DNA from: Octopus sinensis
Lineage: Eukaryota
Direction: 5' to 3'
DNA length: 64,000 nt
Assembly (NCBI RefSeq): GCF_006345805.1
Contig: NC_043001.1
Coordinates: 80,600,001-80,664,000, forward strand
Shown here: one piece after another, positions 1-11,809 of the stretch
How positions within the stretch are numbered: position 1 is the stretch's first letter
Layout of the letters: the number at the start of each line of letters is the position of its first letter
Program-made: the position numbers and the translations under genes
Notes under the pieces: generated by a model
What the model saw: only the letters and a program-made list of their open reading frames with translations
Told to the model about the DNA's origin: nothing
Databases searched by the model: none

Positions 1-14
1 GAGGTGCACATATC

Positions 15-241
15 TATTTCTTTACTACCCACAAGGGGCTAAACACAGGGGGGACAAACAAGGACAGATAAACGGATTAATTTGATTATATCGACCCCAG
101 TGCGTAACAGGTATTTATTTAATCGACCCCGAAAGGATGAAAGGCAAAGTCAACCTCGGCGGAATGTGAACTCAGAACGTAACAGCAGACGAATTACCAC
201 TAAGCATTTTGCCCAGCGCGTTAACGTTTCTGCCAGCTCGC
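15..241 (-). mobile_element. tRNA-headed SINE, long-tail subtype (SINE-ii), flanked by a target-site duplication
   Basis: The minus strand has A-box-like TGGCAGAA and B-box-like GAGTTCACATTCC motifs, the family core CCTTTCATCCTTTCGGGGTCGAT and a tail ending GTAGTAAAGAAATA. GAGGTGCACATATC occurs at both 1-14 and 245-258. Confidence 0.85.
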
Positions 242-242
242 T

Positions 243-342
243 CAGAGGTGCACATATCGTCAGCGACTAAGGGACATGCTCAACTGGTTAAATTTAAGCA
301 ACTGATAAGCAATTCTGTGTTATTGATCAAAACATTTTCTGT
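243..342 (-). mobile_element. Fragment of non-coding repeat 'element C'
   Basis: Reverse complement matches the 44423-44980 copy (CCAGTTGAGCATGTCCCTTAGT..CTGACGATATGTGCA). It ends in (GTT)n/(TTA)n. Confidence 0.8.
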
Positions 343-374
343 TGTTATTACTGTTGTTGTTGTTGTTGTTGTTG

Positions 375-426
<52 letters not shown>

Positions 427-443
427 CATTATTATTATTATTA

Positions 444-484
<41 letters not shown>

Positions 485-485
<1 letters not shown>

Positions 486-670
486 GGCGTGAGGTAGCAG
501 AATCGTTAGCACACCGGACTAAATGCTTAGCCTTCAAGTTCTGAGTTCACAATTACACCGAGGTCGATTTTGCCTTTCATACTTTCGGGGTCGATAAAAT
601 AAGTACCAGTTGAATGTAATCGTCTCATCCCCTTCCCCAAAACTGCTGCCCTTGTGGAAAAATTTGAAAC
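485..670 (+). mobile_element. tRNA-headed SINE, short-tail subtype (SINE-i), internally deleted
   Basis: Head AGGCG.GAG.TAGCAGAATCGTTAGC, family core and GCCCTTGTG..AAATTTGAAAC end, flanked by (TTA)n on both sides. Confidence 0.8.
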
Positions 671-675
671 CATTA

Positions 676-709
<34 letters not shown>

Positions 710-841
710 CATCATCATCATCATCATCATCATTATTATTATTATTGTTATTATTCAACGGTGGTACCTCAGCATGACCTCAGCTTTGAAGCTGAAGCAA
801 CTTAAAGAATTTAAAGAGTTAACGAATTAAAAAATTATTCA

Positions 842-1232
842 TTTCTACTCTAGGCACACGGCCCGAAATTTTCGAGGAGGGGGCAGTCGATTAGATCGAC
901 CCTAGTACTCAACTTGTACTTAATTTATCGACCCCGAAAGGATGAAAAGCAAAGCCGACCTCGGCGGAATTTGAACTCATAACGTAAAGGTAAACGAAAT
1001 ACCTATTTCTTTATTACCCACAAGGGGCTAAACACAGAGGGGACAAACAAGGACAGACATAGGTATTAAGTCGATTACATCGACCCCAGTGCGTAACTGG
1101 TACTTAATTTATCGACCCCGAAAGGATGAAAGCAAAGTCGACCTCGGCGGAATTTGAACTCACAACGTAACGCAGACGAAATACCGCTAAGCATTTTGCC
1201 CGGCGTGCTAACGATTCTGCCAGCTCGCCGCC
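842..1232 (-). mobile_element. Composite SINE: SINE-ii joined to the 3' part of a SINE-i
   Basis: Two family cores in tandem. The SINE-ii tail (..TAAAGAAATA) runs directly into GGTATTTCG of the second copy near 1004. Confidence 0.8.
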
Positions 1233-1256
1233 TTGGAATTAAAAAATATTATTATT

Positions 1257-1445
1257 AAGGCGGTAAGCTGGCAGAATCGTTAGCACGTTGAACGAAATGT
1301 TTGGCGGTATTTCACCCATCTTTACATTCTGGGTGAGGTCGACTTTGCCTTTCATCCTTTCGGATTCAGCAAATTAAGTACCAATTGTGTTCTAAGGTCG
1401 ATCTAATCGATGGCCCTCTTCCCCAAAAATTTCGGGCCTTATGCC
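1257..1445 (+). mobile_element. SINE-i copy, head-to-head with the 842-1232 copy
   Basis: AGGCGGTAAGCTGGCAGAATCGTTAGCAC head, core and tail. Confidence 0.8.
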
Positions 1446-1456
1446 TACATTATAAA

Positions 1457-1469
1457 ATATTATAAAATA

Positions 1470-1555
<86 letters not shown>

Positions 1556-1593
1556 TATTATTGCTATTGTTATTATTATTATTATTATCATCA

Positions 1594-1652
<59 letters not shown>

Positions 1653-1701
1653 TATTATTGCTATTGTTATTATTATTATTATATATTATTATTATTATTA
1701 T

Positions 1702-1748
<47 letters not shown>

Positions 1749-1779
1749 GCTATTGTTATTATTATTATTATTATCATCA

Positions 1780-1856
<77 letters not shown>

Positions 1857-1900
1857 GCTATTGTTATTATATTATTATTATTATTATTATTATTATATTA

Positions 1901-1943
<43 letters not shown>

Positions 1944-2046
1944 GCTATTGTTATTATTATTATTATTATCATATCATTATTATTATTATTTATTATATTA
2001 TTATTATTATTATTATTATTGCTATTGTTATTATTATATATTATTA

Positions 2047-2082
<36 letters not shown>

Positions 2083-2160
2083 TATTATTATTATTATTTT
2101 ATTATTATTATTATTATTATTATTGCTATTGTTATATTATTATTATTATCATCATCATCA

Positions 2161-2216
<56 letters not shown>

Positions 2217-2263
2217 GCTATTGTATTATTATTATTATATTATCATCATCATTATTATTATTA

Positions 2264-2321
<58 letters not shown>

Positions 2322-2770
2322 GCTATTGTTATTATTATTATTATTATCATCATCATTATTATTATTATTATTATTATTATTTATTATTATTATTTTATTA
2401 TTTATTATTATATTATTATTATATTATTATTATTGCTATTGTTATTATTATTATTATTATCATCATCATTATTATTATTATATTATTATTATTATTATTA
2501 TATTATTATTATTATTATTTATTATTATTATTATATTGCTATGTTATTATTATTATTATTATCATCAATCATTATTATTATTATTTTATTATTATTATTA
2601 TTATTATTAATATTATTATATTATATTATTATTATATATTGCTATGTTATTATTATTATTATTATCATCATCATTATTATTATATTATATTATATATTAT
2701 TATTATTATTATATTATTATTATTATTATATTGCTATTGTTATTATTATTTATTATCATCATCATCATCA

Positions 2771-2811
<41 letters not shown>

Positions 2812-2871
2812 TTATTATTATATTATTATATGCTATTGTTATTATTATTATTATTATCATCATCATCATTA

Positions 2872-2943
<72 letters not shown>

Positions 2944-3089
2944 GCTATTGTTATTATTATTATTATTATCATCATCATTATTATTATTATTATTATTATT
3001 TATTATTATTATTATATTATTATTATTATTATATTATTATTATATTATTATTATTATTGCTATTGTTATTATTATTATTATTATCATCA

Positions 3090-3156
<67 letters not shown>

Positions 3157-3301
3157 GCTATTGTTATTTTATTATTTATTATCATCATCATCATTATTTT
3201 ATTATATTATTATTATTATTATTTTATTATATTATTATTATTATTATTATTATATTATTATTATTATTATTGCTATTGTTATATTATTATTATTATCATC
3301 A

Positions 3302-3369
<68 letters not shown>

Positions 3370-3424
3370 GCTATTGTTATTATTATTATTATTATCATCA
3401 ATCATTATTATTATTATATTGCTA

Positions 3425-3489
<65 letters not shown>

Positions 3490-3495
3490 TTATTG
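1457..3495. repeat. ~2 kb (TAT)n tract with a ~100-bp higher-order unit
   Basis: GCTAT(T)G interruptions recur about 20 times (1563, 1660, 1749, 1857 ... 3370, 3421), usually followed by a (CAT)n patch. Confidence 0.9.
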
Positions 3496-5175
3496 CTGCT
3501 GTTGCTGTTGTATACGTACGTTATGCATGCATTTAACTCATACTTTTCGACAAGCACATGTCTAAAGGTACATTTGCTGCTCTTCTTACATATGTTAGCG
3601 ATTGGAATGAGTGGGTTGTTGACCTCCTATTGATGTAGCGGCTTTCATTAATGCTTTCATATTGAACATATGTTTCATACAAACTTTACACATTACTGTT
3701 CCCTTACATGAAAAAATCTGATACCTGACTGTTACTTAAAGGTGTCCCTAGGGGTCTCATTACACTATCCTACAAAACCGCCCTTAAAGCATTTCCTTCC
3801 ATCTTTCTCTCTTTCTCATTAGCACGCGCACACACACACACACTCACACACAGTTACATACACATAAATACATGCGTATATACATACATATATACATACA
3901 TGCATACGCACACATGCTTCAGTTCTTATACATTCATTTTATTCATTCTTATACATACACACAAACATGCGCTTTCACTCTCTCTCTCTCTCTTTCTCTT
4001 CCAACCTCTTACTCTCTTTTTCCCTCATTCTTTTTTCCTTTAGCCCCCTCCCGTTCTTCTCTCTCTCTCTCTCTCAGTTTCACTATGGCACGCTACTTTT
4101 CATTTATATATGCTAGTATATCTATATATATAACGGAAGGTTATATATATGAATACATACACGCATTGAAACATTGATGCATTCATACATTTTCAACAAT
4201 GTATTTAATTTATATTTACAGGTAGATAGATAGATAGACAAACAGACAGACAGATACATAGATATTAGGGAAATGTCATTATTTAAAAGATGGGTTACAT
4301 TTATATCGTGTACATGTACTTATTCACACACACGCGCGTACATGGACGCAAATACTTACCTATACATGCATATATATATATATCCAAAAATTGGAACAAG
4401 AACGCAATAGATGACAATAAAACATCCAGACAGATAGACGATAAAAAGACGGACGGGAAAAACAAGGTCGGGTCATTTGCAGCAATCTCTCATCAGTCAA
4501 GTATCCATACAATCACAACTGTTTCGGCCGGTTTCACTTGCGACTGTTCAACTCTGGCTGGCTCTAAATATCTTAGCTAAGAGCAATAAATTCTTTGGGA
4601 GAAAGCAAGCGAATGTGTACGACAACAAAGACAAAAGAACGGGAAAATGTTACACAATTACAAATATAAATATTAAGAAAATAACAAGTATCTTTAGATC
4701 AACAAAGACGAATCAAACTGAACTGGTGTAGAGTGAAAATTATGAGGCATGAACATAGGAGATGAACATAAGAGATGAAAGTCGTGAGAAACGAATATAA
4801 GAGATGCTTCGCGCATGTGTGTGTCTGTCCCTGTGCGCAGACGAGGCTATTTCCCAGTTTGTTGATAATTTTTCAGTAAAGAAAGTACCTGCTTTTTACT
4901 TTTGTAGAATATTCAATGTCATTGATTATTAGGGAAAGTAACCGTGTACAGCTCCTCTGAGGAGCGGTCAACAAACTGTGAAATGATCCGTTATGTATCT
5001 CCTTTCTTATACATAGGTATCATAGAAAGAAAGTGCTTACATTGTCATTTCACCCATAAGGAGAGTTTTTAATACTTAAGTATATTTCCGTCCTTCTGAT
5101 TCTATTATTCATGCTATGTTGTTTATTACATACATGCACAAGTAAATGTGTATCTGTATGAATATTTATATGTAC

Positions 5176-5248
<73 letters not shown>

Positions 5249-5360
5249 TGAATGAATTATCCTATGTTTATCGTCAGCATGGAAAATTCGTTGAACCGAA
5301 ACCTGGGTAGCAAATTCACGTCAGAAACACGGTTGAAGCTACCTGTCCAAGGGTAGAAAC

Positions 5361-7135
5361 TCCAACTTCTTAGACATTACCCTCAATTTGCAGAATAACT
5401 CATACTTCCCTTATCATAAACCTTCCACAAATCTTAAGTATATTAGCATTTACAGTAATCATGCCAGGCCAGTTACCGATAATTTAGTCAAAGACATATC
5501 TTTGAGACTGTCTAGATTATCTGCCAATGTCGACATCTTTAACTAAAAGGCAGACTTCTATAACGCCGCCTTGTTAAAAGCCGGTTACAAGGAGAAAGTG
5601 TCATACATCGATTCAGCTCATTCTAAACCAACATCTGCTTCTCCAGATAGAAAAGTTACTCGTAATAGGAATAGTGATTTCAATTCTAATAGTGCCAGCA
5701 ACCCTGTACATAAAATAAATTCTTTGCGGACTAGGGGAGGTAAGCGCCATTCGACACCAAATTTCCAACCCAGAAATTTTCCCCTTACTTTCACAAATAA
5801 CACTAAGCACAATTCAAAGGCCACAAAAAACTGTATCTGGTTCGTAATACCTTTCGGAAAACAAATTAAATCGAACCTTCCCTTGCAGTTCCGTGAAGCC
5901 GTTGCTAGAAACTTTCCCAGAAATTCTAGATATCATTCTATTATCAATTCCCACATAGTTAGAATCGCTTTCTCTAACACTAGAAATCTTTCACAAATTA
6001 TATCTTCTCACAATACCAAGCTGCTAAACAAAGATTCTTCACCTTGGAATTCCAACACTAATCTTGCTAATTCCAACGCATCATACAATCATAATAATAG
6101 GAATAGTATTAATAGTAATAGCATTGGTAGCAGCGATAGTGTTAACAATGATAATATTAATAATAGTATTAGTCGTGTTAATGACAATGGTAATGTTGAT
6201 GGTAATAACAATAACGGTATTATTGTCGGTGGTATTACTGGTTGTATTACCATTAATAATACTAATAATAATAGAAATAGTGTAGTTGTTGGCGCTAATA
6301 ATAATAGTAACAGCAATCATAGCAATAAAAACTTCGTTTCGATCTCGGAGGACAAGCCCAACAGAATTAAATTTTTGTCTAGTAATTCTAAGATTAAGAA
6401 TTCTATTTACCAGTGTAGAATTTCTTCCGGTACCGATGTCTTCATCTATATAAGAGCGTCCATTTCCCAGTTATCCAAGAGAATTTATAATCATTATTCA
6501 ACATTCAGGGGCTAAGTAAATTAGTTTGGCGTCTTAAAGACAACAATATAAATTTCAAGTTAGATTGGTTCATACTGTCTGTATCCTTTCCTTTTGATAA
6601 GGGCAGGAGATTTTGTAACATTTTCAAGTCTGAACTCTTCCATATTCTCTTCAGTAAGGTTCCCCTTGTAAACACACTCATAGAAAAATCATACAAATGT
6701 AAACACTAGCAGAAACATACTTTCTACTCATATAAATGATAACGATAGTCACTGTGGTTTGAACAATTAGCTTAACGTGCACTCCACTTCAATAGCGAAA
6801 TTCTTTCCTAAGCCTTCGAACATTCTTTTAATCAACGTACCCTTCCCTCTCCACTTGTTCCCTACCTATTTTTCCTATAACCCTTCTCTTCCTACTATCT
6901 ATCTTTGACGTCAATTCTTCTAACGGTTTTTTTAAAAACACTCATTATCGTTTTGTTTACCATGTAGGCAGTCATCGAAATTTTTTGTTTGTCTTGTTGT
7001 CGAGAGAGGTTCCCTTTCTTTCCTGATGAGAAGATTGCATAATGCACCCTTTATTCCTTTGGAATGAAACCATGTTGTCTTCGAAACATATGTCGAGAGT
7101 AAAGGAATTTTGTTAACATCTTCGTTCGACTCCAT
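5361..7135 (+). mobile_element. 5'-truncated, decayed Penelope-like element (RT thumb, C-terminal GIY-YIG endonuclease, terminal region)
   Basis: One frame from 5364 reads NFLDITLNL..YFPYHKP..LKYISIYSNH..RLSRLS (stop 5544-5546), then ORF 5571-6515 with CIWFVIPF..HNTKLL and SIYQC..YIRAS..KRIYNH (YIG mutated to YIR). LSKLVWRLKDNNINFKLDWFIL and a C-terminal FCN..CKH motif follow. Flanked by (TA)n on both sides. Confidence 0.85.
7010..7107 (+). ncRNA. Type I hammerhead ribozyme with intact catalytic core
   Basis: CTGATGA 7023-7029; stem II 7030-7040/7072-7082 (10 of 11 pairs); GAAA 7083-7086; palindromic stem III ACATATGT 7086-7093; GTC site ending 7094; stem I 7013-7022/7095-7105 with one bulge. 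Confidence 0.85.
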
Positions 7136-7139
7136 TCTT

Positions 7140-7146
7140 TCATTTA

Positions 7147-7188
<42 letters not shown>

Positions 7189-7382
7189 ATATACATGCAT
7201 ACATACATATATAACATATATATATACGTGTATATATATATACATACAAATATGTATGTTAATATATGTATATATACATATATAACATATATATTTGTGT
7301 ATATATATACATACAAATATGTATGTAAATATATGTATATATGCGTATGTACATATATATATATATACATATATATATACTG

Positions 7383-7421
<39 letters not shown>

Positions 7422-7479
7422 TTTAATATATATATATATATATATATAATATATAACATACATATATACATATATATAC

Positions 7480-7531
<52 letters not shown>

Positions 7532-7610
7532 TTATATATATATATATGCATGTATGTATAAGTATAAATACATGCATACATACATATATATGTATATATG
7601 TATACAAGTA
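7140..7610. repeat. (TA)n/(TACA)n compound microsatellite
   Basis: Read directly from the sequence. Confidence 0.95.
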
Positions 7611-7979
7611 TGTACATGAAAACATTTAGGGTTTCTCCTTTTCTCCTTATTTTCAAGTAATTTCACAGTCGAGATAAAGAAGAAAAATTTATAAATTTTT
7701 ATCTACCCAGAATATTTTCTGGTATGCACAGGGAATATTTAAACATGTGTATTTGTGTACTCCTACTTTACTGCCTACCCACCCACTCTTATCTATCTAC
7801 CACTCCCCACCCCCACCTACCCCTCCATCCCACCTCATTTTTATCTATTTATGATGCCACAGTCTTCGTCTATGGTTATGCAATTTGGGTCATCTTGCAC
7901 TAAACCTTAGTTGGAGATTTTATTTATCTGTTGCCGTTTTTGGTGTTTTTGTTGTTTTCTTTTACTCTCCCTATTCTAC

Positions 7980-8046
<67 letters not shown>

Positions 8047-8095
8047 CATTATTATTATTATCATTATTATTATTATTATTTTATTATTATTATTA

Positions 8096-8129
<34 letters not shown>

Positions 8130-8171
8130 GTTATTATTAATATTATTATTATTATTATTATTTGGTCCATG

Positions 8172-8395
8172 AGGCGGTGATCATGCAGAATCGTTAGCAC
8201 ACCGGACAAAATGCTTAGCGGCATTTCGCACGTCGATACGTTCTGAGTTCAAGTTCTGCTGAGGACGGTTTTACCCTTCATCCTTTCGGGATCGATAAAT
8301 TAATTACCAGTTGAGTACCGGGGTCGATGTAATCGACCATCACCCTCCCCACAAATTCCAGGCTTTGTGCCAATAGTAGACAGGATTAGTATAGA
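8172..8395 (+). mobile_element. SINE-i copy after a (TTA)n tract
   Basis: Head, B-box GAGTTCAAG, core and tail. Confidence 0.8.
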
Positions 8396-8503
8396 AAGGA
8401 TATATATATATATATTCCTGCTTCCATTTCCTGAGCGCCTATTAATAATAATACTGTAATTGTTCCATTGTTGTTGTTTTTTTGTTTTCCCGTTTGGATT
8501 AAA

Positions 8504-8552
<49 letters not shown>

Positions 8553-8569
8553 CATGCCTATATATATAT

Positions 8570-8770
8570 ATATATTATATAAAATCCGTTCTGTCTGTCT
8601 GTGTGTGTGTGTCTTCTAGGATCTCGGGCATTCTCCATCCGATTGCGCTCAAATTTGACATGTAGATACCGACGGTATCGGCGTGTATAAGTCTTGATAA
8701 ATTACAAAAATCGATTCCAGATGAGAATGCGATCGATAAAGCCGTGGGAACGTGCATATGTACGCGCAAG
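8570..8770 (+). mobile_element. Possible non-autonomous Helitron/Helentron-type remnant
   Basis: TATATAAAATCCG followed by a TCTG/TG microsatellite, CCGATTGCGCTCAAATTTG and the small palindrome ATACCGACGGTAT. This layout recalls DINE-1/HINE elements, but no 3' hairpin plus CTAG end was identified. Confidence 0.3.
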
Positions 8771-8946
8771 TACATCAGTCGAAATCCGTCTTTTGCTGGT
8801 GTCTCAAATTTAGATTAAATCAGTGTTTCTCAAAGGGGATGCCTATGGGACGGTTGGACAAGTTGTTTTGAGAAAATTTGGTTTAAATGTTTGACAACTC
8901 AGCACCGTCCATTGGACGGGGGGCGTTTTGGCTCGTATATATATAT

Positions 8947-9020
<74 letters not shown>

Positions 9021-9360
9021 ATTAATTAGGCGCGCTGTTGGTAGGGGCATTTGAATTATAACGTCGGATGTAATCAATTGAACCACACGTGTATTTATCG
9101 TTATGGTAAAATCTGGCGTGTGATTGAGTGGATTTCATCTAGATAGTTTTGGCTGAGGAGTTACAAGTGAGTTTTTTGTGAGTAAAATTACATTTAATTC
9201 ATTAATAGCGAAACAATTGTCCCAAAATAATCTGTATTTTTGTTGTTTTTTATTTGCCCTGTTCGTGTGAGCTAACAATCGTACTGACTTTCATGGGAAA
9301 CATGTATTTTTGTGGTTGAAACCTTTTGGATTTACTAGTGCTATAGTGACCACTCTCTTA

Positions 9361-9416
<56 letters not shown>

Positions 9417-9529
9417 CCTTAATTAGAATAAAATCAATATCAGAATTAGGTCCGCCTGTGCTCTTGTGCACTTTAGGTAGTAAGTTCTATTGGCTGCAGT
9501 TTTCGTTGCATTTGACCAGATGATATTAG

Positions 9530-9900
9530 ACTCTCTCTCTCATGTTCTGGGCCATATTGTTTTCAGTCTTTTCTTTATTTTCTTTTCTGATGATATCTTT
9601 TTCTTTTTTTAAGGGCTGTTTTGGAATGTCGTTGTTCTGGTAGTCCGTCTATATGCATAAGCTTTGTTCTGTGATAATTCCACTAAGTGGTCCTGTGTTG
9701 GATCTCTTTAGAATGTATTCATTAGTTATGTGGTGTTGCAGGTAAGGTTTCAAAATCCTTCTCAAGCATATTTGGTGGAACACATCTAACATTCTTTCAA
9801 TTTTCACAGGGCTCCTCCTAATCTCACTGGCACAGAGAACTATTTGTAGAACAATGCTATTATAGGACCCGATTTATGTGTGTAGACCGACAGTGTTGGA
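9530..9900 (-). mobile_element. RTE-clade LINE 3' fragment, decayed
   Basis: The minus strand translates to ERMLDVFHQICLRRILKPYLQHHITNEYILKRS..GLPEQRHSKTAL, typical of the RTE C-terminus. Confidence 0.7.
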
Positions 9901-10884
9901 GGATCAAATACCGCACGTTCTCGGGAATACAGCTGTGTATATCATTTATGATGTGTACTTGCTATAATATTTTATCTCAAAGAACTTTTACGTTAAAAAC
10001 CACAGGCCTTCGCTCAGAACGGTAGTGGCTCATCAGACGCCATCTTTCGATATTGGGGCAAAACTTTTTCGGCTTGGCTTAGAACATCCGAGGATGTTTG
10101 GTGCTGAAGAAACCTATTCAGGCTGAAACGGCGGTGATTTACTGGCATTCAATGTGAAGACATGTTTTTTAAGACTCATGTTTCCCTGAGACAAAATATA
10201 TCTTGTACTGTTTCACGTTTGTATACTCAGTATATATGTTACACACACCAGTATTTTATATTCGTAATTTTAATACACATGCATGGCATATTCTGTAAGG
10301 TGGAGAAATCCTTGCATTTGTAGATAGTAAGAGAAACCCTACCGAAAAAATGAGCTCTTAACAGGATTTCATAGATATTACTGTTCTGGTTCTTACTTAT
10401 ATAGTTTGTTTATAATAATTTCATGTTTTGGTCAATATGCATTGTTCTGACTCCCACTGTTTGCTGTGCACATTACAATATATTGTCAGTTAGCAGATAT
10501 CAGCACGCATCAAGAAATAATTTGTTTGGTGAAGATACAAACCATATACACAAGAGTCTCAAACTCTTGTTAGATTTATTAGTTCAGAGAGAGATTTGGC
10601 TAAGGTGGTACAATGATGTCAAAATACATGAATCGAGTGTCTTATGAACACATATTTGTGTTGAAGAAGTTGTTTTCCAGTGACGAAATACAAGAGTGAT
10701 TAGTATGCTCAAGTTCGAATCGGCCGGAACATATTAAAACCGAATTAGTTTGTCAAAGGTCTGATTCTGTGCTGAACATGCACATAATGTTTTATAGCTG
10801 TTTGGCAGATATCTATACACATAGCAAATAATTGGTTTGCTCACTTTAAGAACAACAGCCAAAACTTCTTGCTAGATTCATTAG

Positions 10885-10948
10885 TCCGGGAGAACTGTGA
10901 CTGAAGAGGCACAAAGATGTCGAAACAACGGGTGTCCTAAAGTCCCCG
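10885..10948 (+). ncRNA. Decayed type I hammerhead-like motif
   Basis: CTGAAGA 10901-10907, stem II GGCA/TGTC, GAAA 10922-10925, stem III ACA/TGT, GTC site ending 10936. Stem I is only partly paired. Confidence 0.5.
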
Positions 10949-11809
10949 TATACCAATGAATCGAGTGTTATGAACATACATACGTTTCAATGAAGTTGTT
11001 CTCTAATGGTGCAATACAGCATTTATTACCATATTCAAATTCGAAGCTGTCAGAATGTATTAAGAATGAATATGAATGCCATCGTTCTAGAGTTTGGGCG
11101 GTTTTTCTTCAAATTCTCATCACCACTTTCACCAACATTGTCATCGTGATCTCGTTCGTTGTCATCGTTTTTGTTGTTGTTGACTTCGTTGTTGTCAGCA
11201 CGCTATCACCGTTCCTTTGTGTAACTTCAGTCCATTAACTTACTACCATTCTATTTTCAAACATACGGGTTGGGGTGGTGGTGAAAAGTAGGAAAGTAAG
11301 AAAGGACAGAAGTCAAAAGGGAAATGGGAGAAAGATGCGACGAGGTAAAGAGAAATTAAGAGAAAGTAATAGGAGGGGAAAAAAGGAAAGTGGGAAGGAG
11401 ATTTCTAAAATAATTTTTCGAAAATATCCCATTTCCTGTCCCTGAACATGTACATCTGGATATGATATCTTCCTAGGTTGACTGTTACAACAAGTACATA
11501 CTTCGTGTAAAACATAGATGTTGCTGATAATCTCATATACATTCCCCTTTCTCTTTTCTCTTATTTTTTTATTATTACGCTTTGCTATTTTCTATCAGTT
11601 AAGTTTTCTTTTTATTTTCGTTTTATAGAGAAGGGCCAGGGGTAGGGTTCGTATTTAATTTTATTTTGACTTTATTGTATTTTTTTTTAAGGTTTGTGCT
11701 CTTTTTTAGTAATATTTTTTTTATTTTACCTTTGCTGATTTTGTTATTGGCAGTTTCTTGTCCTTGTGCTTCTTGTTTCTGTGTAAATATGGAAAACTAA
11801 GAATATATA

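Noticed and set aside
1410-3633. Four very long ORFs (329-708 aa)
   Set aside because: They are translations of (TAT)n, which has no stop codon in any plus-strand frame; the products are poly-I/L/Y.
4500-4560. Minus-strand hammerhead-like arrangement (TTGAACA..GTCG/CGGC..GAAAC-AGTT-GTG) and a nearby CTGATGA
   Set aside because: Two core mismatches, G at the cleavage site and no stem I.
5247-5362. GGGTAGC/GCTACC pairing upstream of the Penelope fragment as an HDV-like ribozyme
   Set aside because: No P3/L3 (UCC.CG) or J4/2 elements in the right order.
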